64,000 bases of DNA, taken from positions 5,321,962-5,385,961 of the forward strand of contig CM119264.1 in NCBI GenBank assembly GCA_051294375.1, written 5' to 3'. Under the pieces are notes generated by a model, which worked only from the letters and a program-made list of their open reading frames with translations, was not told the origin of the DNA and did no database searches. A program made the translations under genes and the position numbers. Shown here one piece after another: positions 41,702 to 54,751 of this stretch (position 1 is its first letter; each line of letters opens with the position of its first letter). Source of the DNA: Paraspadella gotoi (taxonomy: Eukaryota; Animalia; Chaetognatha).

Positions 41702-44318
41702 TCTCTTCNNNNNNNNNNNNNNNNNNNNNNNNNTTTGGCACAAATTTTGTCTCACATTTCAAAACGAAATAATAAATCTAATAACACAACGAAAGAGAAA
41801 GAATTACAACACAAAAGAAAAAGTGAAAAAGAAAAAAAGGAAAAAGTCGCGTTGACCGAAATTTTTTGGAAGGATCGAGTTTCACAAGACATTTTCACAA
41901 GACAAAAATCGTTTTTAGAAATCGTGAATTTTTTTGGTGAACGTCATAAAATTCGTTACGTTCGCGAAAACTACGATGCTGATTTTGCTGTGCAACCATT
42001 TTGGCTATTTACCATTTTTTATCACGAGGTTAAAAAATCACAAACGTAACCCAATTTTTATGGTGTAATATTTGTTTACCTTCGTTTTGAGCTAAAGAAC
42101 AAATAAGTTTATCGTCGTGTTGTCTCCAGATTCTTTTGTTGTCCTTAACGAATGCTTCTAGATAATTTGCTTATCATTTCTACGCGATATTTGTAAAAAT
42201 CACCCCAGCGACGTTTTGGCCGCGTGAGTTCGATCGCCAAAATGTGTAGACTACAATTTTCAGCATTAAAAGTTTAATTGGAAGGAAATGACGTTTAATT
42301 CCCAAAGAAATTTTAATCGGGTGAGGATCCGACGAGAAAAACTAATATTCAATTAAATATTGAAAAATCATAAACTTTAATCCTTTTCATTTTCTCCTTT
42401 AATTTAAATGTCCAGAAATCTTCCGTTGTTTGGATCCAAAGTTATTTTGGCACCGGAATTTTTTCTTTTTTTTGATACCGAACAAAATCTAATAAAAGAT
42501 TAATTTATAATCGAACCGTTTAGTTAATGTAGGTATAATTGTTTTTTATACTCTACTTAAAAATTAACCGTGCTAAAGCTTTCAAAAGAAAATTAAAATA
42601 TTTTAGGAAACCGATAAGCAGAATAAAAGTTACATTCTCGATGGTGTTAGCTAGATGTTAAAAAACAATAAGTATCCGCATGAAAACTATCATTTGGATT
42701 TGGTTCTGATTCTATCTGAAAAGCTATAACTAGAGAAATTCTTTAAGTAAAATTAATATTATTTTTTAAGATTTTTTCAGATTCTAGACAGGACTCACTC
42801 CCCTTGCTCAAAACCTCTGGGCAGCCAGAAATGTTCCACTTCCAGATTTCCATAATAAACTTTCACTAAAATCATTCAAAACTTCAAACAATTTAAATAT
42901 ATTCTTAATTCATCATTTCATCATAATTAATTAATTAATTAATTTTATTCATTCATTGTTTCTCGTATCCTCCACTATACTTACATTCATTAATATTCAG
43001 GTGTTTCCCCAAATTATTTTTTAACATATCTATTAGTAAAGTACATGATAATCAAAGCTGTTAAAGATAGCATGGTTTCGACTCAAATTTCATGAGCGCT
43101 CCATAATCGATCGCGGACTCATGACAGAAAGAACCTCATCTTATTTTCTCTATTTCCTCGACGTCACCAACGTAAACTACATGACGAAAGGAACGAGTTT
43201 CTCTTGCCCTGTAGAACTTATTCACAAATGTTTGACATCTTTAAACTCTCAGCGACGGAGACTTTAATTCTTGTAATAGGTTTTTTTTTGTTTCGGGTTT
43301 GTAATTCGTCATTTTCTGCCTCAGAGACGTAACACCAATAAGGGCGGTTCTGTGTCCTCTCTCCCCGTATCATTGGACTTCGCTTCTTCATTTAATGATA
43401 ATGGAAGCTTATATGGTGGACCTCAAAACTCCACACCAACGTTCATCAGCGCCTATTCTGTGCCGGAGGCAAGTCATTCGCCTCCCAACCCAAAGGTCCG
43501 GGGTCAGACCTGGTGGAGCCGATCCTAGCAGTTTAAGAGACGGGCGCTTAACCCGCCTTTAACATGTGTTACAGCCTGATCCGAAGCTCAGGGATGCTAG
43601 TATTGAACGGTTCTGTCATTTAACACTTATCAATGAATAATGTCTCTCATTGGTGACCCGACTTCCAACACGAACAGCCAACAACACTTCAGGCGACATG
43701 CCCAACACCTGGCGATGCACTTTCCGCCAACTCATCAGGCGACATGCCCTCAACTTGGTGACGCACTTCCCACCAACAACAACAATTCACTGAGAGAACG
43801 CAACAGACTTCTCCCTACAGGAGGGGGGGATGATAATGGTGGACAAAAAATCCACCAAACCGTTCATCAGCGGCCATGGTGCCGGAGGCAAAGTCATTCG
43901 CCCTCCCACCCAAAGGTCGCGGGTTCGTAGCCCGTAGGTCGTTCTGGCAGTTAAGAGGGACGCGGGCGCTAACCCGCCGTAACATTGTGTTACAGCCTGA
44001 TCCGTAAGCCAGGGACTGCTCTTAATATTGAACGTTCTGTCATTAACACTTATCAATAATTTACTGTCTCTCACTTTCATAATTTTGTTTTGCAGTCGAA
44101 GTAATTGAGAATTTCAGATAGACATTTGCCGTTTAGTATTCGCATCTTAGAATAAATTTTCTAGTTTCAAAATCGTTCAAGTAAACGTCACGAGATTAAA
44201 AACATAAACATGAACTATAATTTTGTCTCTAAACTTCATGTGTCAACAAAGCTTTGAACGCACAAGAATTAAAATATTTTAAAACAAAGGAATAATAAAG
44301 TTATTAACTAATCATCTA

Positions 44319-47128
44319 TCACTTTGTTTTCAGTCCAAAAGCAGAAAAAGGATCTGCGGTTTTCGTTTCAGACTTGCTCTTTGTCTTCGTCAAAATCAAA
44401 TTTTGAAATTAATCGTGACGACATCATAGCATGGGCGGCGAACCATGGCGTCGAACCCCAATCGTGGCTTTCGCTCGTTACGAAAGGTTTTCAAGCGCGA
44501 ACAAAAAATTTTTCCTATGAGCGAAACGAAGGTCTTGAATCGAAATTATATTAGGATTGCTATTTACATACCCCAATAATAAATTAATTACAATAATTAA
44601 TAAAACTAAATTAAATCGAAACCAATCTCTTAAATCTTTCTTCTCACCTCGTGCGTCGGTGATGTTTTTCCCCCGGTATGTAACTCGAAACGCCGGCGTT
44701 GCGTCGATCGGCGCTTTCGTCTTAAAAATCTTGTAGGTGGCTGGCCGACGTAACTGACGCCGTCGATCTTTGGGGACGCCACCTCGGCGTTTTCGGGGCG
44801 TCGTATTTCTTCACTTTACGAGACGCGGCGCGGAAGAAGCCGACCGACCCGCGCAACTCGTGGAGGCGGCGCCAGTGGAGGGCCCCCCGAAGCAAGAACA
44901 AAGCCGTTGTCTTGGCGAAGGAGTCGCGGACTTCCTGTTTTGCGAATATTTTAATCAATAATCGAATCAAAATTACTTTACTTTTTTAAGTATTTTACTT
45001 ACAATTATTTCTATCGTCTTATTCTTTAAAATTGATATTAAACTGTTTTAAGATCAGCAGTAAAACTATCGTTGGTATTTCATTCCAATTTAGACGCCTT
45101 TTAAGAGCCGCGGATATGAATGACAGAATGAGATTGTGTAAAGTGAGTGTACATTTTAGAATGATAAAATATGTCTCAATACATGTAAGTCGCGGCATTG
45201 TCCTAGGTTCACCCCGCCTATAAGCATGAGACCTTCAGTCCAGACCCCGTGGCTCATTGAGTAAGGCCATCAGCTCATGGACCACCAAGGACCGTGTTCA
45301 ATCCCAACCTGGTACCTACCCTGCGGGAAGTATGTGAGGACGGCCCGTTAAGCCGCCTTTGGGGCAGTGGGCAACCCTCAAGCCTGGTTCCAACCCAGGA
45401 CCCTTTTCCATAGCTACTAAAGGGGGTTATAAAATACGGATAGTCCATCTTCACCCCCACTTAGCGCCCTGAACCCACATACATCTTTTAGTCTTCCGAC
45501 TCCATTCTCCCCCCCCCCACTCACCCGATCGGCATAAACGTCGCAGAAGAAAAACTCTCCTCCGTCCTATCAAGACTCTTGAAAGGCCCTCGCCCAGAGC
45601 CTTCGCTTTGTCCTCCACAGGCTGATGACGCAATTGGAGATGACGACTCGATGGAAGGCGGAGGGCGATTGCCGGCCGAGTCGAGGGACTGCGAAGGGTG
45701 GAAGGGAAAACCATCGTTCGTTTCATTCATTCATTCATTCTTTCATTCATTCATTCATTCATTATTCATTCATTCATTCATTTCATCATTCTTTCCGTTG
45801 TGTTCCATCCATAGACCTAACGACCCCCTCTGCGTTGCAAAGCTGAGACCGTCTAGGGTAACCGCGCCAGTGACCTGAATGCGTCTCTGAGAGGTCGGAT
45901 GCCCCCCAAAAGCCAACAATGAGATGCCCATCCAATGGCCATCACAGGCATCCCGACTTTGCCATACTTTATCTTTTTACTTTTCTTGGTTCTGTCTTCC
46001 AATTTTTTCTCTGTACTTTTTCTTCGCCTTTCAATATTCATTTATTTCTTCACATTTTTTTAGCAATTCTCTCTTCTGCCTCAACCACTCCGCTTACCAC
46101 TCCGCCTATCTCCCTTCTCTCTCTCTTTCTCTCCCACTCTCCGACTCTGGACTATCTATCTCTCTCTCTCCGTCTTCTTCATTCTCTCGCGCGTCCAGCC
46201 ACTCCCCTCATCCCTCACCACCCACCTCCAACCGTCCTTCGACGAAAGCCACGTTCGGCCTCTCGAACCATAGACTTCCGCGTGCATAGTCCACGTGTTG
46301 ACGAGCGACTTGAAGCTGTTGGGGAGTTCATGTTCGACGCCGGTGACGAAGCCGTCGCGCCGACGAGGCTGGATGAGGAAAACGAAGACGTCCAGACCGG
46401 CGCGCAGCCGAGGTCCACACGCGGTCAGCCTGATGGGATATGTTAAATTGATATGTTAAAAATCAAGAACGTAAGCCATGTGTTGCGACGCAGTGACTAA
46501 ATTATTATTCGTGTGGATTTCCCTTTGATCATTAAAATAATATGACATGATATGAGATGACTTAACAAACTTTTTCTTGTCCATGTATTTATGAACATGC
46601 ACTGCATAAAATACTTTTTATTCTTTATAGTTTTAGGAATTCCTGAAGGCAGCGCTAAAAAGTCTTAGATTTTAGATTTTTTTCTGTCTTAACAATAATG
46701 AGCCAAACTATGGCAATTATACATTTTTAACATAAAAGCGCGGACAGACCCACGGACAGAACATACAGAGATCGACGACCGGACAGACCGACAGAAAAAG
46801 TGATTATAGAGTTGCTCGCGAGTACTCGCGCGCAACTAAAAACCCCTCAGGTTAACGCCCTGCTCTTCCTTCGTCCACTTATAGCGGGAAGACTTTCTCC
46901 CTGCCAAACCTTCTTAAATCTCACCTTCAACCGCCTCCGAAGCAGCAGCGCCGCACCGTCTAGCGAGTACTGGCCTTGACATCCGGCGTGGGACAGGCGC
47001 AGGGCTGGCGAGCCTTTACTCGACGGAGCGCTGGGGCACTTAAGACGCATGCGGAAATCTCGAGGTCGGAATCGAGGAGACGAGAATTTCCGTAGGAATT
47101 TCCTGCCCGAAGCCTCGTGGGATGACAT
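44319..47128 (-). CDS. AS3MT: Arsenite methyltransferase copy B (5 exons, indels)
   Basis: Same exon structure; 3' part matches copy A and 5' part matches copy D. Confidence 0.85.
46735..46843 (+). mobile_element. DINE/Helentron-like 3' end in AS3MT intron 1; also at ~37507-37631 and 57173-57281, inverted at ~51873-51978 and ~62279-62390
   Basis: GACA/GACC microsatellite followed by terminal hairpin agttgc-t-cgcgagtactcgcg-c-gcaact and an A-run. Confidence 0.55.
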
Positions 47129-47338
47129 CACTAATAAGAAACTTACCTCTGGAGAAAAGTAAATTCTTTCGTTTTCTCCTCTCTCTTTATTTTCCGTACT
47201 GTTTCTCCATTTCCATGTTTACTTATATCATTATGTGACATATATTCCTTATAATAATTGTTCGTACATAAAATTCATTGCAAAGCATTACGAACTAATG
47301 AAGTGTTTTATTTTCATAAATAAATCAAAATCTCTCTC

Positions 47339-47401
<63 letters not shown>

Positions 47402-47969
47402 CTCTCTCTTATTGTTTACTTTGGCCTCGACGAATGGGTGATTTTTAACAAATACGCGTAGAAATGATAGAAAATTATCTAGAAGCCATTTCGTTAAGGA
47501 CAAACAAAAAAATCTGGCAGACAACACGACGATAAACTTATTTGTTCTTTAGCTCAAAACGAAGGTTAAACAAAATAACACCATAATAATTGGACGGTTA
47601 CGTTTGTCAAATTTAAACCTCTTGATAAAAAATGGTAAATAGCCAAAATGGTTCGCAAGCAAAATCAGCATCGTAGCTTTTCGCGAACGTAACGAATTTT
47701 ATGACGTTCACCAAAAAATTCAGGATTTCTAAAAACGATTTTGTCTGTGAAAATGTCTTGTGTGAAAGACTCGATCCCTTCCAAAAAATTTCGGTCAAAC
47801 GCGACTTTTGCCTTTTTTTCTTTTTCACTTTTCTTTTGTTGTTGTAATTCTTTCTCCTTCGTTGTTGTTATTAGATTTATTATTTGTTTGAAATGTGAGA
47901 CAAAATGGTGTGCAAAGAAGGGGACGGAAGAGAGGGAGAGAGAGAGAGAGAGAGAGGAAGTCGAGAGTG

Positions 47970-48024
<55 letters not shown>

Positions 48025-48283
48025 GATGAGAGAGAGAGGGAGAGGGCAAAGTTTCCAACACAGAGTTGAGAAAAACTTTGAAAATAAAAGAAAATAAGAA
48101 TTTAGAAAAGTTTGAAATTGGTATAGTATCTACAATGAATTTATTTTTCACATTGAAAAAACGGACTGTTCCTTTCAGTTTCAAGCCTTCATCAGCGTTA
48201 AGTACGTTTTGAATGTTGAGACAAAAATTTGTGCAAAAGAAGAGGGAGAGGAGAACAGAGAGACGAAGAGTGAGAAACTTTGC

Positions 48284-48325
<42 letters not shown>

Positions 48326-49776
48326 CCTCTTCTTTTGCACAAATTTTGTCTCACATTTCAAAAACCCCGCTCATCAACCTAATTAACGCTGATGAAGGCT
48401 TGCACTGAAAGCCGAACATAAATTTGTCGTTGATACAAATTTCAAAATTTTATAAATTATTTTTCTTTTATTCTCAAAAGCTGAGGAGAATAAATGGAAA
48501 TACTGTGGCGAATCCTAAATTCGCCTCCCGTATAGCTTGGTGAAACTCAGCCGTCCCATTGGCTTGGACAGCGAAGTTCACAACCTTGAGTTCTGGTCAT
48601 CCCCTCACGGTCACGCTGGTTAAAGTGTGATGGTGTTGGCATAAACACGCCAGTGGACATGGGGTGGTCACTGCTGAGGTCCAAGCCCTGAGCGCCAGAT
48701 GTCAGGACATGCCTCACACCCAGCATCACACATGTCCCTCCGTTGCCATATACTTCTTATAGATATTTTATTTATAACTTAAAAAAAAACTTTTTTAATA
48801 ACTTATTAAAATAACTTATTTATTCTATTCAATAAATAAACTAACTTGCCACTTGACTTTGGACTTGTGAATCAGGACACCGTAAGTTTCAATCTAGACT
48901 CTCTCACAATCTATTAGCTCCAAGGTAACTCAGTAATTCACGTCCCTATCATTAAGAAATACGAAATTATCCTCATAGTAAATAGACTATCTTGCCCTAA
49001 CTCTTACCGAATATTTTTTGTAATTATATTGTAAATATTTCCCCTCAGATTTACTAAAAAGATTCTTAAAAAAAAAAACAAATATGTTTTCAAATGAAAT
49101 TGAAAAAAGAGGAAGCCAGATGAGAACAAAGTTTTCACTTTGTTTTACGGAAGGATCTTTTACATTTACATTCTTGGTACTTAAAAGCTCATAATGAGAA
49201 TTGTGTCGAGGCGACCAAATATCGTTCGATATTATTTTGAACGTTAGTTATCTTTTATGTAAACATTGAGGGTCGAAGGCCAAACGTTGTCTATCACGAC
49301 AACCTTTATCTCGCGAATCGACCGTTTAAAAAAAGTGATCGTTAAGTATTTCAACAATCTATCAATTAATAGGGAAGCTTCTTCGCTTTATTTTTATTTT
49401 TAGTGCCATCAGTGCAATTAGTCTTGCTCAATACCCATTTATTGTTGAATGTCATATTGTTTAAATCGTTTTATCTTTTATCGTTTTAACTGTCAAATTG
49501 TCTCTTTTATTTCAGAAAAAAAAATTCTTTGCTTTAGGTGATTCTTTCGACTATAGACTTTTTTTTTCTGAAATAAAAGAGACAATTTGACAGTTAAACG
49601 ATAAAGATAAAAACTAATAGACTGGTTATCAAAAGACAAGAAAACGGGTTTTTTTTCTCACTACCTTTTAAAAAATGATTTAATTTCAATAAATCGCTTT
49701 TAATTTTTTTCTCTCAGCGCGAAAATTTTACCAATTTTGTTAAAATCATTTCGTCGACAATTCCTGAAGTTTCGAA

Positions 49777-50607
49777 ATGAAATCGTTGCCGCTCGTTCGG
49801 GGGCCAAGATGCCCATCTTGGGTTTGGGCACGTGGCATCACGGACCCAAGGGGGAAATGAAAGGGGCGTGGAGACGCCATTCGACTCGGTTTAGGCACAT
49901 TGACTGCGCGCACATTTATCTCAACGAAAGGGTACGGGTTGTATTGATCAGTTGGGAGTCCCCTGTGGAAAACTGGACTCTCAAACTATACTATGCATAG
50001 ATGATACTTATTAATAGAAAAATTTCACGAAAAATCTATGATTATAACAAATCTCTAGATTATATATTTTTTTAAACTTTATTAAACAAAGAAAATAAAT
50101 GAGTTTATAACACTTTTTTTTTCCAGAGGTCGGCGAAGCCTTGAAGAAGTGATGGGCAAAAGTCGAATTAAACTCGTCGATCGGTTTGAGACACGTATCC
50201 GGCTTCGTTCTCTCTGTTTAAAAGTTTTAAACAAAGTCGATTAGTTTAATATTTAGATTAAATAGCACAAATTAGTTAAAATAATTGAGCACTTGAGAGA
50301 TCGAGTCATTGACCGACTTTGAACGAAATGTAGTCTGAATAAAAATGTTAATTTTTTTTTAAATTAGAAATAAATGTTTAAGACAGGAAATATTAATTGA
50401 TATCGATTTAAAAAGGTCTATATTTTATGTTCCACCTTCTCCCTCGCTATCGTCAGAAGCGATCTCTTTGTCCCCACCAAACTGTGGGGCATCGAGCACG
50501 AACCCCACCGCGTGAGGAGGCGTGTCGTCGACAGATGTCCGCTTCTCGGCCTCGATTATCTCGATCTCGATTACATTCATTGCCGACGCCTTTTGTTTAC
50601 GGAGAAG
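49777..50607 (+). pseudogene. Truncated AKR duplicate (exons 1-3)
   Basis: [31 protein letters not shown]; same truncation point as 40650-41491. Confidence 0.85.
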
Positions 50608-50733
50608 GTGAACGACCGAGAATGAAGTGAGATCACGCTTCACAGGATTCAGAGATTCTAATCGTGTCTCACTGGATCTTTTGTTCATTCGTTGAAATCA
50701 AGTACATTTTTGCTTTTTTTACTCTCTCTCTCT

Positions 50734-50813
<80 letters not shown>

Positions 50814-51299
50814 TCTCTTCTTTGGCACAATTTGTCTCACATTCAAACGAAATAATAAAATCAATAACACACGAAGAGGAAAGAATTACAACACAAAGAA
50901 AAAGTGAAAGAAAAAAAGGAAATCGGTTGACCGAAATTTTTTGGAAGGATCGAGTTTCACAGATTTTCAAAGATTTTTTAGAAATCCTGATTTTTTGGTG
51001 AACGTCATAAAATTCGTTTACGGTCGCGAAAACTACGATGCTGACGTGCAACCATTTTGGCTATTTACCATTTTTTATCAAGAGGTTAAATAATCACAAA
51101 CTAACCCAATTATTTATGGTGGTAATATTTGTTTACCTTCGTTTTGAGCTAAAGAACAATAAGTTTATCGTCGTGTTGTCTCAGATTCTTTTGTTGCCTT
51201 AACGAATGCTTCTAGATAATTTGCTTATCAATTCTACCGCGATATTTGTAAAAATCACCCATTCGTCGAAGCCAAAGTAAACAATAAGAGAGAAGAGAG

Positions 51300-51367
<68 letters not shown>

Positions 51368-51588
51368 ATTTATATGGAAAATAAAACACTTCATTAGTTC
51401 GTAAANNNNNNNNNNNNNNNNNNNNNNNNNATAGCTTTGCATGAATTTTATGTACGAACAATTATTATAAGGAATAATGTCACATAATGATAATAAGTAA
51501 ACATGGAAATGAGAAAAAGTACGGAAAATAAAGAGAGAGAGAGAAACGAAAGAATTTTACTTTTTCCAGAGGTAAGTTCTTATTAAGG

Positions 51589-52487
51589 ATGTCATCCCAC
51601 GAGGCTTCGGTGCAGAAATTCTACGGAAATTCTCTCTCCTCGACTTCCGACCTCGAGATTTCCGCATGCGTCTTAAGCTGCCCCAGCGCTCCGTCGAGTA
51701 AGGCTCGCCAGGCCCTGCGCCTTGTCCACCCGGATGTCAAAGCCAAGTACTACGGCTGCGGCGCTGCTCTTCCGGAGGCGGTGGAAGGTGAGATCTTAAG
51801 AAGGTTTGCAGGGAGAAAGTCTTCCCGCCTATAAGTGGACGAAGGAAGGAGCAGGGCGTTAACCTTGAGGGTTTTTAGTTGCGCCGCGAGTACTCGCGGA
51901 GCAACTCTATAAGTCACTTTTTGGTCGGTCTGTCGGTCCGTCGGTCTCTCGGTATGTCTGTCCGTGGGTCTGTCCCGCTTATGTTAAAAATGTATAATTT
52001 GCCCATAGTTGCTCATTTGTTAAGACAGAAAAAAACCTAAAATCTAAGGGACTTCTTGCGCTGCCTTCAGAAATTTCAAAAACTATAAAGAATAAAAGAC
52101 GGAATTTTGATGCAGTGCATGTCATAAATATTCGACAGAAAAAGTTTGTTAGTCATCTCATATCATGTCATGTCATATGAGATCAAAGGGAAATCCACAC
52201 GAATATAAACTTTAAAGTCACTGCGTCGCAACACATTGGACTTACCGTTCTTGTTTTTAACATATCCAATTTAACATATCCCATCAGGCTGCCGCGTGGT
52301 GGACCTCGGCTGCGGCGCCGGTCTGGACGTCTTCGTCCTCTCCAGCCTCGTCGGCGCCGACGGCTTCGTCACCGGCGTCGACATGACTCCCCAACAGCTT
52401 CAAGTCGCTCGTCAACACGTGGACTATCACGCGGAAGTCTATGGGTTCGAGAAGCCGAACGTGGCTTTCGTCGAAGGACGGTTGGAG
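51589..52487 (+). CDS. AS3MT: Arsenite methyltransferase copy C: intact exons 1-2 (51589-51787, 52288-52487), cut in intron 2 at the 52654 junction
   Basis: Open 133 codons: MSSHEASVQKFYGNSLSSTSDLEISACVLSCP...VHPDVKAKYYGCGAALPEAVEGCRVVDLGCGAGLDVFVLSSLVGADGFVTGVDMTPQQLQVARQHVDYHAEVYGFEKPNVAFVEGRLE. Confidence 0.93.
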
Positions 52488-54751
52488 GTGGGTGGTGAGG
52501 GATGAGGGGAGTGGCTGGACGCGCGAGAGAATGAGAGACGGAGAGAGAGAGAAGATAGTCAGAGTCGGAGAGTGGGAGAGAAAGAGAGAGAGAAGGGAGA
52601 TAGCGGGAGTGGTAACGGAGTGGTTGAGGCAGAAGAGAGAATTGCTAAAAAAAGCGACGTTTTGGCCGCGTGAGTTCGATCGCCAAAATGTGTAGACTAC
52701 AATTTTCAGCATTAAAAGTTTAATTGGAAGGAAATGACGTTTAATTCCCAAAGAAATTTTAATCGGGTGAGGATCCGACGAGAAAAACTAATATTCAATT
52801 AAATATTGAAAAATCATAAACTTTAATCCTTTTCATTTTCTCCTTTAATTTAAATGTCCAGAAATCTTCCGTTGTTTGGATCCAAAGTTATTTTGGCACC
52901 GGAATTTTTTCTTTTTTTTGATACCGAACAAAATCTAATAAAAGATTAATTTATAATCGAACCGTTTAGTTAATGTAGGTATAATTGTTTTTTATACTCT
53001 ACTTAAAAATTAACCGTGCTAAAGCTTTCAAAAGAAAATTAAAATATTTTAGGAAACCGATAAGCAGAATAAAAGTTACATTCTCGATGGTGTTAGCTAG
53101 ATGTTAAAAAACAATAAGTATCCGCATGAAAACTATCATTTGGATTTGGTTCTGATTCTATCTGAAAAGCTATAACTAGAGAAATTCTTTAAGTAAAATT
53201 AATATTATTTTTTAAGATTTTTTCAGATTCTAGACAGGACTCACTCCCCTTGCTCAAAACCTCTGGGCAGCCAGAAATGTTCCACTTCCAGATTTCCATA
53301 ATAAACTTTCACTAAAATCATTCAAAACTTCAAACAATTTAAATATATTCTTAATTCATCATTTCATCATAATTAATTAATTAATTAATTTTATTCATTC
53401 ATTGTTTCTCGTATCCTCCACTATACTTACATTCATTAATATTCAGGTGTTTCCCCAAATTATTTTTTAACATATCTATTAGTAAAGTACATGATAATCA
53501 AAGCTGTTAAAGATAGCATGGTTCGACTCAAATTTCATAGAGCGCTCCATAATTCGATCGCGACTCATGACAGAAAGAACCTCATCTATTTTCTCTATTT
53601 CTCGACTCCAACGTAAACTACATGACGAAAGAACGAGTTTCTCTTGCCCTGTAGAACTTATTCACAAATTTTGACATCTTTAAACTCTCAGCGAGAGACT
53701 TTAATTCTTTGTAATAGGTTTTTTTTTTTTCGTGGTTTGTAATTCCGTCATTTTCTAGCCTCAGAGACGTAACACCAATAAGGCGGTTCTGTGTCTCTCT
53801 CCCCGTATCATTGGACTTCGCTTCTCATTTAATGATAATGGAAGCTTTATGGTGGACTCAAAATCCACCAACCGTTCATCAGCGGCCTATTTGTGCCGGA
53901 GGCAAGTCATTCGCCTCCCAACCCAAAGGTCCGGGGTCTAGCCTGGTGGCCGTCCTAGCAGTTTAAGAGGGACGGGTCGCTTAACCCGCCTGTTAACATG
54001 GTGTTACAGCCTGATCCGAAGCTCAGGGACTGCTTATATTGAACGGTTCTGTCATTTAACACTTATCAATAATTAATGTCTCTCATTGGTGACCCCGACT
54101 TCCGAACACGAACAGCCAACAACACTTTCAGGCGACATGCCTCAACCTGGCGATGCACTTTCCGCCAACTCATCAGGCGACATGCCTCAACTTGGTGACG
54201 CACTTCCCACCAACAACAACAATTCACTGAAGAGAACGCAACAGACTTCTCCCTACAGGAGGGGGGGATGTAATGGTGGACAAAAAATCCACAAACCGTT
54301 CATCAGCGGCCATGGTGCCGGAGGCAAGTCATTCGCCTCCCAGCCCAAAGGTCGCGGGTTCTAGCCCGGTGGTCGTTCTGGCAGTTAAGAGGGACGGGGC
54401 GCTTAACCCGCCTGTAACATTGTGTTACAGCCTGATCCGTAAGCTCAGGGACTGCTTATATTGAACGTTCTGTCATTAACACTTATCAATAATTACTGTC
54501 TCTTCACTTTCATAATTTTGTTTTGCAGTCGAAGTAATTGAGAATTTCAGATAGACATTGCGTAGTATTCGCATCTTTAGGAATAAATTCTAAGTTTCAA
54601 AATCGTTCAAGTAAACGTCACGAGTATTATAAAACATAAACATGAACTATAATTTTGTCTTCTAAACTTCATGTGTCAACAAGCTTTTGAACGCACAAGA
54701 ATTAAAATATTAAAACAAAGGAATAATAAAGTTTATTAACTAATCATCTAT

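Larger units (their letters stand above)
32877..42205. repeat. Unit 1 of a three-fold tandem block (unit 2 42206-52653; unit 3 52654 to window end)
   Basis: All units start at (c)agcgacgttttggccgcg; ORF-track translations recur identically at offsets 9330 and 10438. Confidence 0.92.
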
